64,000 nucleotides of DNA from NCBI RefSeq assembly GCF_964355755.1, contig NC_092671.1:6076001-6140000 (forward strand), in the 5' to 3' direction. Every line of letters starts with the position of its first letter. Positions within the stretch are counted from its first letter, which is position 1. Shown here piece by piece: positions 22,879 through 34,220 of the stretch. This DNA is from Antedon mediterranea (Eukaryota; Animalia; Echinodermata). Both the position numbers and the translations under genes were made by a program. A model generated the notes under the pieces. It worked only from the letters and a program-made list of their open reading frames with translations, searched no databases and was not told where the DNA came from.

Positions 22879-24950
22879 TAGGGTGTTGACTACGCTAAGT
22901 TTATGTTCGAGTGGGTGATTTGATTGAAAGTGCAGGTATTGGTCTGTGTGTGTCGTACACTGATGTTTTTATGTTACCATTGTCTTGGATAGTGATTAGA
23001 GTATCGAGGAAAGGGATGGCGTTATTTTTCATGTTCTCCATGGTGAATTTTATTGTGAAATTTACTGTCTGGTCAATGGTGTTTAGATGTTGAAGGAGTT
23101 CTTCTTCAAATCCAATTGGTACAATTGCCAGGACATCGAAATCGGTTTGATATGTGATGGTGCTGTTTCTGTGGCACGTTGTTCCAAGTCTTCCATGAAT
23201 ATATTTGCCATTATGGGGCTGACAGGACTGCCCATTGCCATTCCCTCTTTTTGTCTATAAATATCACCATTAAATGTGAAATATGTTGTGTTAAGAACTA
23301 GGAAACAGCTCCATGATGTCCTCCGTTTTCAAATTAGTGTTTAATTTTCTTTGGACTTGTTCCAGGATCTTGGTTTCTTTCAGTAAAGTAAAGAAAAAAA
23401 AAATTTTTTTTAGAAAGGAAATTTCATTGAAGATGAAAATGAATCTTGAAGATGAACATATAAAGTTTGAAATATTGAATCTAAATGGCCTGCCTCATAC
23501 TTTTTATCAATATCAATCTATTATAGATGCTTGCTTTTTAAGAGATGGTTTTTGCAGTATACTGGCTTGATTAGGGGATTGTGAGAATATTACAACCCAT
23601 TTAGCCCCCGTAGGATTGCCAGAGTGCCAATACTTTAAATATCAATTGAAAAAATTGCCAAGAAAGTACTGATTATTGTTGGGCAGTATGCCATACAACC
23701 TAGAAGAATCTGTCACTACAACAGTTCATAATGCCACCATACACATTGGAGATGCTATGTGGTCACATTAAAATATGTCTAATAAATTGATCAATTTTTC
23801 AAATATTTGTGCTAGAATTGAATTTTAATTTACGTAATTGTTACTAGTTTTCACCAGCATGGTATCGGTAGGGTTGACGCCTGCGGCTGAAAGTGACCCA
23901 GTTGGATGGTTTACCGATTTAAAGACCAAATTATGAATATGTCGGTTAGTCCAGGTGCAAGGATGATTGGCAGGAACATGTGATATATTTATCAATTAGT
24001 TAACGATTTAGAATGTCATCAACTGTTGTTAAAAGAAGAAAGATTATTAGGTGGTTTTTTAAAAGTGTAGATTCTTTATTTATCATAAATTAAGCTTTAA
24101 TTAATAAGGATAATTATGGTTTGATTGATGACTACAAAACCGTACAAAAACATTTGACTAAACTAAAATTATTTTGGGGAGATTAATGATAATTAATATT
24201 TGTTGGATAATACTTTTGTCTCAGCAGTAAACATTTAGGCAATCTTAAACTGTACATCCAAAAAAGGAAAGTAAAAACTGTATTATAATGCAGATATAAC
24301 ACACTAGTGTAATATTGTATAGCAGCACAACTATTGGTACATAAATCATGCATACTTTTTTTTAAATTGAATAAAAAATAATACTGATAATTAACAATAA
24401 CATGAATTTATGAAGGAGTGGTACAGTAGCTGTATGGATAAATGTAACCCATGCATTGTGTAACTATAGGGCACTATATTTAATAGTGTACATATTTTAA
24501 CATTGCTTAGTTGATACAGTAGGCACAATTTTAATCGTCGTATCCCTGTATCGTACTAATCCATTACCATGTCTTATTTCCAAAAGTCATAGCAGACATA
24601 CTGTATGTGTTTGAAATCTTAATTGTCATCTCTGTAGGCTGTCCTGTCATTTTAATTGACAAACAAACAGAGGTATTCCAAAATAAACGTGATAATCAAA
24701 CAGCCACGTCCTTCCCATTCCTTTTCACGGCAGCCGTTAAGTGTTCCTTCATTGCGTGCCTTGTTGGAGACGACATTATCCACAGTTATTCGCAATCCAG
24801 TTGTCAATACTAATAGAGTATTCACATCGTTGTTTCTGCTATACTACCATGCCAAATGATTTAAAGAATTAGGTATACAATGAAGAGGTAGAAATTGTGG
24901 GACAGTGTTGTACTGGCACCTTCCTCAAAATCTACTTTTATTTATACTTA

Positions 24951-25099
24951 AACTCTGTCTACACTATCAAAAAAGTGTAGTGTGCCTAAATATGATAGTG
25001 ATATGCTCAAATATGGTAGTGATATGACATCATCATGTCCACATATGGATAATACAGTATATCACATTTTTTTTAATAGTTTGATACTGTAGGCAGAGC
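24951..25099. mobile_element. MITE family A
   Basis: Family TIR and body, with an internal TACAGTA insertion at 25053. Confidence 0.8.
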
Positions 25100-26094
25100 A
25101 TTATACTGCAGTATGTATATCTGTACAATGATTTCTTAGTTTAGGCTTATTTATTTGCTATGGATATTACATTATATGATCATGGTATTCCAAGAAAAAA
25201 AGAAGATATAGTAGCCTACCTATAGAAAGAAGTATTTACATAACTATAAAGACCACTTTCTTTATTCCAATTCAGCAAATTTCATCCTTGGTTAAATTGA
25301 ATCAAATATGTTTAAAACAAGATATAAAAATAAATAAATAAGAATAAGATACCAACCAAAATGTAATGATCCCTGTATAAAAACACTATACTTATTGTCA
25401 TGCTTTATGCATTATAATATATGCATTATTATTATTATTAATTTGTTTTAGGTTGTAATTAGACCTACGGGCTATTCATAAATTGTATTTTTAAGTAGCA
25501 TATACTTTGGCTTGTTTTACAGATATATACTGTAATAAGCTATAATAATTTTACCTGATCATAATATTAAATGAAATTAAACCTGTACTGTACGTTTACA
25601 AATGCAAACAAATTTCAAGTGCAAATTTATTTAAACGTCAATGATTTTTATTGTATTTCGTGAGATAAACCCTAATGAGTTTGGCTTTGGCATGAATCTT
25701 CGTTAAGCACTCTAGTTGACGTTTGCTGGTGGCCGCTATATTGCACCTATTATCTGTGACCCTGACTGGATAATATAGCAATCGGAAAATAATTATATCG
25801 ATATTATCGTTAAATGCATTATTATGGGTATAATTAGTAAATAATAATATATGCTATTAGACATGTTCAATGTTATATTAGTCCAATGAGGTTTGAATGA
25901 CTGTGAAGAAGGAATCAAATTATCTTAAAAGTCATTTATGTCACGTTAAATTGATTCTATGTTGAAGTACTTTTGTTATGATTTTATTTACTTTGCAGTA
26001 TTTACTGACTGAATACGTGTGGAATTAAAGACATGTTATTTTTATTTACAGACAGTGAATAGAATGAATCACTATTTGTTTTATGTTCAAACAT

Positions 26095-26660
26095 GTACAT
26101 TCTATGAGCCAAGTAATGTTATTTCTGCAATTATTACAGTATATACTGTACAGCATTCTTTTGTAAAACCAGTATATTATCGTCTTGATGATATAGGTTA
26201 AAACATAATATGATAAATTATAGCATAAATAAAAAACTGTACACTCTATGAGCCGATTAATGTTATTTCTGAATTTATTTATATTAATTTATATACCCCA
26301 TTCTTTTGTAAGTCAGTTTATTGGCGTCTTGATATATAGTAGGTTAAAACATAATAAATAATAGGATAAATTAAAAAAATAGTCCTTTGTTTACTAATAT
26401 AAAATTTAAAGAGGTTTTTTTATATCCTGAATTACTCATCATATTATAATATATAGTATATTGCAATTATATTATATACCCTATTCTTTTGTAATGTGAA
26501 ATAAGTTTATTAGTGTCTTGATATAGGTTAAAACATATGATAAATTATAGTACTATATAAATTAAAAAGTGTAGTCCTTTTATTACTAATATAAAATTTA
26601 AAGAGATTTTTTTAATCCTGAATTGCTCATCGTATTATAATATATTACTAAATTATATTT
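26095..26660. repeat. Degenerate AT-rich tandem repeat (about 3-4 units of ~145-185 bp)
   Basis: Recurring blocks CTATGAGCC..TAATGTTATTTCTG, ATTCTTTTGTAA, GTCTTGAT..ATAGGTTAAAACAT and AATATAAAATTTAAAGAG. Confidence 0.75.
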
Positions 26661-27357
26661 TATACTAATTCGTAGGAGAGAATATTGATCTGAATGTAAA
26701 AACACAGTGGGAAGCATGGGCATGAATTTCAATAGAATTGGGTCACTATTCCTATTTAAAGGTATTATGTTCATTGAGGCAAATAAATTAAGGATTGAAA
26801 TTTTGGATGCTTTGTTTGTATGCTTATTGTTAGATATGTCTCCCTGAAAAAATAATTGTTAAATGAAAAAACTATTGTTTGTTAAATATGCCATTTTCAT
26901 CACTTTGAATGCACTAATTTTCTGCAGCTCCTAATTTAGTGAAATTCATAGATTTAGGCTATACAGTACATCTGATATTCAGTGGTGTGACATTTTACTG
27001 TTTGCGTACAGATAGTGAGCAGTCTTGGGAATTCAACCTGTGTGTAGATTTCCTGTTTATAAAAATAAGTATATTAACTTAAGGTAGGTCTTTAGTCATC
27101 ACAAAATAGTTAATTTTTGTTTATACTAGCTTTGTTTTTTAGCAATGGTCCTACACTAGGTCCTGAGCATGTAAAAAAAAGCAGTTATTATAGTGATTAG
27201 CTTCATAGGGAGTGATTGCTCAAGAAGTTGAAAATGTGAATCGATTAGAGTGGTGTATAGAAAGGTGTTAATTTAGTGTTTGTATTGGGTATTGATGCAG
27301 CAATTGAGGTGACTTGTCAAAAATCTGAATGGAAAACCATATACCTGTTTGATCTAA

Positions 27358-28054
27358 GGGCCTGTTCGTAGGGGTTGAAAATACCAGCTTATTCCCGATT
27401 TCCGTTCGCGTGATCCAATTAACTTTTGCCTCAGGCTACAAAAAATTCGAGGCAAAATGTTCACCAAATTTGCAGGTTATTTCAGCGATAATCCAATTAT
27501 ACTCGGCCTTCGAGGATAATAAATCTCCGATAGAGGCAATGTGTCAAATTTTGACAAACGTTCGCTGCCTAGGCCCGTCATTTCTCCTACGAAGCTCTTC
27601 CATACACGCTTCGAGAGCGATCGTCAGCTGGTGCTGTCCTTGTGGGTGTAGACCGCTTAGTAGACCTAGCTGGTCGGTGGTGTTTCGTGTAACATTGGGC
27701 TCAAATTCTTTGTCAAGGAGTAAAATAATGGTCGTCAGGAGAAGGCATATTTCGGCAGGATTATCGGCGTTAAGAGGCATAAGGTTTGTCGCAAGGATAA
27801 GCAGTGTAAAAGGTAGCAAGTAATTGTTATTGTAAAGAAAGATCGCGAGTAAAAAATATACAACACGAAACTAGCGTGCGAAAATGGGGTCGTAGGTTGT
27901 AAAGACAACTGACCTTAAAACGTAATTTCCGGTTTGTGATTCGTCGATTAAGCAAATAAGCGGTTAAATATTTCAAGTACGAACAACGCTCAATTTATAA
28001 CCCGAGGCATGGGTGAAATTAAGCGCTTATTTTAACCACCGTACGAACACGACC
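27358..28054. mobile_element. Non-autonomous PIF/Harbinger-like element
   Basis: TAA|GGGCCTGTTCGTA ... TACGAACACGACC|TAA, giving a 3-bp TAA TSD. The CpG-rich interior holds a 91-aa minus-strand ORF remnant. Confidence 0.75.
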
Positions 28055-28224
28055 TAAATTTGAACAATGCATTAGACAAGTCATACACAGGTAAGCTGAG
28101 ACCTACAGTACAGTACATTAATATATCATCATCATTTATATTGAATGTCTTGTAGTGAGTGAATCTATAAAACTATTCTGACTGATCTGGTAATGGTAAT
28201 TCTTTTGAAGTTTAATGATGTGAG

Positions 28225-28502
28225 CAGTTTTTCCTTAAAATGTATTTTGTCAAGATATGCCTGTTGAGCTTTATAAGCCTGTGTTGGTTATGCATTGCAC
28301 AAAAGTACAATGTCATCACAGTTGTGGACCTGATAAGTTTATAACAAACGAACAGCGAACAGTTTTTCCTTAAAATGTTACTGTGTGTAATATGTATTCG
28401 TCCGGGCCTGTTGAGCTTTATATGCCTGTGTTGGTTCTGCATTGTTCCACATTTGCAAAAAGTACAAATGTCATCACAGTTGTGGATCCGACAAGTTTAT
28501 AA
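28225..28502. repeat. Tandem duplication of a ~120-140-bp unit
   Basis: CAGTTTTTCCTTAAAATGT..GCCTGTTGAGCTTTATA.GCCTGTGTTGGTT..GTCATCACAGTTGTGGA..AAGTTTATAA occurs twice. Confidence 0.85.
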
Positions 28503-28550
28503 TACTGTACACATACCATAAGGTTAATGTCATTTTCAACTATTGATATT

Positions 28551-29319
28551 GGCCCTGTTTCTGCTGCCAAGAAAATACCGTATTTTATACGGTATTTTTT
28601 TAATACCGTATATATACCGTATTTTTTTAATACCGTATATATACCGTATTTTTTTGGCAGCAGAAACTGCGCTCATATTTTTCCTACAAAATGTGTGGAT
28701 AAAATACGGTATTTACAAATTTATACCCTATTTTTGTACCCTTTTCTGCTGCCAATAAAAAATACCGTATTTTCTGTCGCTGTCAGCTGTTTTACACACG
28801 TGTATAGATATATTCCGCGAAAATGTGGAGCGAAAACGTCACAGTATTGACTATATAATTCTGTGTGGGGAAGGAGGGGGTGGGGAAGCTCAAATGTCCG
28901 GCCAACTAAAAGGTAATAAAAGGGACAACCACATTTATAAAGACATTTCTAACAAAATAAAGCAGGAGTACGGAATAGACTTGTCTCCAAAGCAAGTAAA
29001 CTCAAAGCTGAAGAGCCTGCGAAAGCAGTACAACATTGCAAAAGACAATAACTCGGGGAGGGAACGAATTACTTGTCCCCATTACATTGTTTTCTGTGCT
29101 CTCACAACATCTCTATAACTAGGGCAAGGCTGTTGAAAGTGAGACGTAAAACTTCCTTTATTGTGACTTTTAATTATCGACCAAATAAATGAATGGCAAT
29201 TTGGGTAAAAAGGATGAAATTTAACACGACCACCCAAGAAGTATTGTTAGCAGAAACGGGGTACTAAAAAATACCGTATTTTATACCGTATTTTGAGCAG
29301 TTGCAGCAGAAACAGGCCC
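28551..29319 (+). mobile_element. Internally deleted Harbinger element carrying a Myb/SANT (trihelix) ORF fragment
   Basis: ATT|GGCCCTGTTTCTGCTGC ... GCAGCAGAAACAGGCCC|ATT, with subterminal AATACCGTAT repeats. About 28890-29085 encodes QLKGNKRDNHIYKDISNKIKQEYGIDLSPKQVNSKLKSLRKQYNIAKDNNSGRERITCPHY, typical of the Harbinger Myb-like partner protein. Confidence 0.85.
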
Positions 29320-29711
29320 ATTGACTGTCCCGTGAATTGCTTATCCAAAATATGTCAGCTAACATACACTAGGGCATTGCACACAACTGTCATTTTGTAA
29401 CATGATTAGATGAGAACAACCCATCAGGTCAATATTTCAACAATTTCTGTGATACATGCAATTGTCATCTATGTGTAATATTGATATATTGCAAATGTCT
29501 TTAAGTTCAAGTTTTTATTTATTTTGCTTGCGTCATTAGAATTTAGAATTATATTAATAAACATCTGATAAGGATGAATGATGGTTGTAAACTTGATTTG
29601 ACAAGTATATCATCAATTATACATTTATAATAAATTATACATTTATTAATGCATGTCATGAAATATTATGTAACTGTTCTGTCATCAATGAGCGTTTTAT
29701 ACCACACTAGA

Positions 29712-29860
29712 CTAGTACATCTTTCGAGACGAGTAGGGGGTGACCCCGGTGTATTAGTACATCACAGCCACTGATCACCAACTGGGCCCTCTGGGAGACC
29801 AGTCTTTTACTGAAGAGGTTACCCGGTATAAATATATATTTCAATCAATCAATCAATCAA
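29712..29860 (+). mobile_element. 3' half of a Deu-domain-like SINE with (TCAA)n tail
   Basis: CTTTCGAGACGAGTAGGGGGTGACCCCGGTGT resembles the DeuSINE core as I recall it (AAGAGTAGGGGT..ACCCCGGTGT). The element ends in five TCAA repeats. Confidence 0.6.
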
Positions 29861-29939
29861 TATGCTTCCCTCTCTACCATAAACTTAGAAGAAATCGAGT
29901 TTTGTCTTTTGTAATATTTTTTTTATAATGCAAGTTTTT

Positions 29940-30144
29940 ATTTTTTTAAATTGTTTTTATTTCATACGCATCCAACAGCGAACAAATCGCCAATTACAGG
30001 ATGGATAAACCAATTATAGTTTACCATGCTTGAGGCTTTAGGGAGTGGAGGGAGTTTAGTTAAAAATCTGGCACTAGGTCAGGATTGAACCATGGACCCT
30101 AGGATTCGTAGGCAAGTACATTAACCACCAAGCTACAGCTCCAC
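29940..30144 (-). mobile_element. tRNA-derived SINE, near full length
   Basis: The minus strand has an A box (TAGCTTGGTGG) and a B box (GGTTCAATCC). Its 3' end GTTTATCCATCCTGTAATTGGCG..CGCTGTTGGATG.GTATGAAATAAA is shared with 44295-44525. Confidence 0.8.
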
Positions 30145-30213
30145 TATGCTTAAATACATTATACAGTTTGATGGTTTGCATGGCAAAAAAATCAATATGC
30201 TGTTTTATGATAT

Positions 30214-30413
30214 GGGGAGCTTTCCATTTTCGACGACGACTGGCGACCAAACAATGTCATGCTTGTTCATTGTGTGCATTTGGAGATATTGGGACGCGTG
30301 TCCTCGCTTCTCATCTCGACACAGGTTTGATGGTTTCTAGGTCCAGCCGACAGCAGACGACACATTGATTGACTTAACCTAGGTCCTCAGTCGTCGCAAA
30401 TCGAGAGCTCCCT
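30214..30413. mobile_element. ~200-bp MITE, Harbinger-like termini
   Basis: Imperfect TIR GGGAGCTTTCCATTTTCGACGACGACTG ... CAGTCGTCGCAAATCGAGAGCTCCC. The TSD is unclear. Confidence 0.6.
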
Positions 30414-31995
30414 ATTCATAACTCAGGAGTAAACTCAACAGTTTTAATTAGAACCTGATTGTGGTGTATTGCAACATTTTTATCAACCTACAATCATCAT
30501 TCCTAATAACACTGGTCTGTCGGCCAATGGCCAGTTAAATGTGTGACGGACCAGTTAAATAGTAGTACTAAAAATAAGTAGTAGTAGTAAAAAGTATGCT
30601 TGGCCAATAAAATCTCTCGAAATAACAATAATTTTACTCAATTCATCTCTTCACAATATTTCACACTTGGACTAAGTAAACAAGATTGTACCTCATTTTG
30701 ACTTTTTAAAAGTTAATTGAATGCCGCTTCCTTATAGGCCCATATTCTATGACCAGTAATTGGAGTGGACCAGTAAAATTAGAATTTTACTGGTTCTCTT
30801 GTCTAGTTAAAAACACCTTAACCCGCTGTACAATAAATTATTTTATAATTTTGCTTAATTCAAACCATTTTTTTTTTATTTAGAAGAAAAAGATCATCTT
30901 TGTTGTAATATATTTGTAACAAGAGATATTGTTACTGAATTTATCTATTAGTAAATAAGTTATTCAGTATGTTTAAGATTAATATTTTAATAAATAATTA
31001 TAAAATGTATAATGAAAGATCATTTCTCAATAATGTTTGTCCTTCTGTGTCTGTGACGATGACGCAAATTGCGCTATGATTTATCGGCTTGAAAGGTATA
31101 ATTTTGCATCTGGGAATCTCCAAAGTTTGCTAATATCAACCTTAAAACATGCAGTGCATGAAATAATATAGTTATTGAATTATTAATGATTGCCAGTGGG
31201 GTCATAAATGTAACATTTATTGTTTATTTCTTAATTTGATATGCAGATTAATAGTTGTTAGTCGTGTAAATATTGTTTGTGTATAGACAAAAGATGGTTG
31301 TCCTTGATTTTGATATTACACATGTTAATGTAATATATTGTTAGGTTCGTTGTTTTATTGAAATCAAATAGCAGTGATAAATTGCTTTTATTTAAAAAGC
31401 ACAGACAAACCACAAAACAAGCAAGCCAAACGTCGTCCGCAGGAGCAGCGTCTCTGTCCTCAATGAGACAGAGAAGTGCTAAATGCTAAATCCATGTGGT
31501 TTATAACCAGATCGACTATATTTTTGTTTTCTAAGGTATAAGACACTGCTCTTGTTTCCACTGGGTTGAAGGAAGTACAGTATCATAAACTTGATTCAGT
31601 ATTAGGAAATATAATAATTAATTATAATTTAAAACAGTTAATATGATGTTGTTGCTTACATATTGATATTGTTCCCCATTTTCTTTACATTTATTCTTGT
31701 AGTTGCTATACAATTGTTTTTGTGTGTATACGAAATAGATTAATAACTACACTATTTTGGAACTTAAAGGAAACAAAACTATAATGTTTATTATGAAGGA
31801 AATTGATTGTTTATATTAAAGTAGTATTATAGACTTTTTATATACAGTAGAGTGACTATACTATTTCTAGTTTGAAATTGAGTGAGTATAGAACAACCTA
31901 CAGTACAGGCCTGTAATTCCATTGTTTATATTGGAATCAAGGCAAACTACTACTATAATATTGATCCAAATTATTATAACTGTAAAGATGAATTA

Positions 31996-32100
31996 AGCTC
32001 TCCTTACACTATCAAACTAGTTTGACAAAATGGTTTGATGTGCCCAAAATATGGTAGTGAGACGCCTAAATATGGCAATGATATGACATCATCATGTCTT
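31996..32100. mobile_element. MITE family A, truncated
   Basis: Left TIR and body present, right end missing. Confidence 0.75.
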
Positions 32101-32287
32101 TATAGAAACTGTAGATTTCAGAGAATAAAAATGGAGTTATTACAAAAATACTACTTTTAATTGTTGTCTACAGAATATATTAGTAATAATATCATTTTTG
32201 TTAAATGTTTCAAATTATTTGTTTATAGTATTAGGTGATTTAGTATTGAGTTCCTTTCCTCTTTCTTTTCGCTTTCTTTTAATTTTC

Positions 32288-33847
32288 TTTTTGGTTATCC
32301 GCAACGAAGTTGCAGGATAACCTCTTGTGATTGTACGAAATCATTCTGTATGATTTTTGTGTAACGCTTTTCTCTAAAACTCGCAAACATAACATTTCGG
32401 TAACTATCTTAACATATTGACATTTACGTAACGTCGTCAAGCGAAGCTTTTCATGACGTTTACAATTGCGCAACGTGACTTAACGATTTTGTCGTATTTA
32501 ACATAGCTCGACAACCAAATAACATTTCAACTTGAAACTTTGCAAAAGTTTAATTTATATCATGCGCTAACTTTCTGTTGAAAAAAAATTGCGTGTTTTA
32601 CACAAAGTTATGCGCGCACGCGCATTTAAAATTTCAAAATGCGCAAAATTAATTTATAATCAACTTTCTACGCGTTTCATGTCGTTTTAAGCATGTCAAA
32701 AATTCCCACGCGTGCGCACATTTTTACGTGTGCGGTGCGCACGTAGTATTGAAAACGTACTTTTTTCGCGTGATTTATATTTTTTCAGCCTTTTCTAGTA
32801 ATTTTACCAAATTTTAAACAATTTCGACTTAAAGATACGTCATACGAGCACGTCGAATTGGACAATTTGCGCGCGTTTTTTATGAAAAGGTTAAAAAATT
32901 CGTTTAAAATATGCCTTTTTTTAAACAGTCGTAATTTCTAAACTAGACGGTCAACTTTTTGTGGATGGCATATTCTGGAAGTAGATGAGTTGTAGATATC
33001 GGATCAGGTATTAATATGGCTAACCGGACATTGTGACGTCATCGTATGGCCACGCGAATATAAAATTTAGGATTTTTGTATCTTTCGTCATAGCTCATCA
33101 CATTGAATAGAGCGCATCTCCACTTATCCGTTTTCCATTTTCACCCCGATTTTGATTTTGTCTAGGTCAATCAAGTATCTTTCGCATGAATTAAAAATAT
33201 TTTAATTTTTTTGACGTCATCATGCCTAAAAATTTAAATCACGTGTGGCATTAATTTCATCTTTACAGTAAATTTTAATCTGTTATAGCTCGTAAGAATA
33301 AAATGTGATAATCACGATTAAAATTTTTTCTGGAAGCTATTGGATTGTAGATACGAAATTATGTAAAAATGTTGCCAATCGGATGTTGTGACGTCATCAT
33401 ATGGCCAGTTAAATAAAAAAGGTCGTATTTTCATCTTTTGCGTCATAATTCATTACATTTAAAAGAGCGCGCATCAATATTTCACGTATTCAAATTTCTT
33501 CTACACGCTAATACGTTGTTGCTGAGATAATTTCCTTTCGGAATTGCTACCTTTGCGTTTCATTTTAAAACCGTCAACATGTAAAAAATTGCAATAAATA
33601 GCGGGTCCCGTAATTTCACCTATTCTACACTGTATGTGATATGGATACAGATTATACTTTGTATATACTATATATGAATTTAAATAATAAAATTCAGCAA
33701 TAACAACATATCATATTCTTCAGTTCAGGTCATAATGCCAACGTGAACACTTCCTTTTGTCCTCAACCTATCCCCTTATATGTTAATGTTGCACCACTTG
33801 CGCGGCGGATAACCAAACTCGTCAAAGTGACGAGTTACATGTCTAGT
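32288..33847 (+). mobile_element. Non-autonomous Helentron/DINE-1-like (HINE) element
   Basis: The 5' end is TTTTT-GGTTATCCGC with a nearby inverted GGATAACC. The 3' end has subTIR GCGGATAACC, then hairpin AACTCGTCA-AAG-TGACGAGTT and CTAGT. The CpG-rich interior has a ~355-bp internal tandem repeat. Confidence 0.7.
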
Positions 33848-34082
33848 CTCATTGTTAGTTTTCTGTGAAATGTGTTTTTTGATATTACTGAAGAATGTAT
33901 CAGTTGGCAACACCTTTAAATCCACAAGGCACAGTGGTGATTAGATTTGCTTGAAGTATCTGTATTGTACAAGGATGTTGCAGTATGGTGTCGGGCTTGG
34001 CCTTAGGGGACATGCATAGAAATTGTTTTTTTTAAAGGGGACGAAACAAAGTTCATTGAAAGAAATCAACAAAAATGACTAA

Positions 34083-34220
34083 AGCTCTGTCTACACTATC
34101 AAACTTTATGTGACAAAATAATGTGCCCACATATGGACATGATGGTGTCATCACTACCACATTTTGGGCACATCATTTTTGTTTAATATTCACATCAAGT
34201 TTGCTAGTGTACACAGAGTT
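34083..34220. mobile_element. MITE family A
   Basis: Family TIR and body sequence. Confidence 0.8.

Larger units (their letters stand above)
21997..23340 (-). mobile_element. 5'-truncated, frameshifted Penelope-like retroelement (RT C-terminal half + GIY-YIG endonuclease)
   Basis: The minus strand gives RT motifs TTYFTFNGDIYRQKEGMAMGSPVSPIMANIFMEDLE, IKFTME, IPFLD, YLHFQSNHPLEHKLSVVNTL. These are followed by ORF 22036-22878 with the GIY-YIG block GIVYQV..NCKKVYIGETGRALKTRIIEHK..SAITDH..KEAIWI..INRDQG. Confidence 0.92.

Noticed and set aside
22310-23570. ORFs 22310-22531, 22673-22918, 22911-23093 and 23313-23570
   Set aside because: Alternative-frame or antisense shadows of the Penelope element.
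27410-27823. 137-aa and 91-aa overlapping ORFs as host genes
   Set aside because: Both lie inside a TIR/TSD-bounded element; at most a transposon remnant.
28527-28850. ORFs with repeated YFFNTVYIP
   Set aside because: Translation of Harbinger subterminal repeats.
29940-30144. tRNA gene (also near 44300 and 44780)
   Set aside because: A and B boxes are present but there is no full cloverleaf, and they continue into a shared SINE body and A-rich tail.
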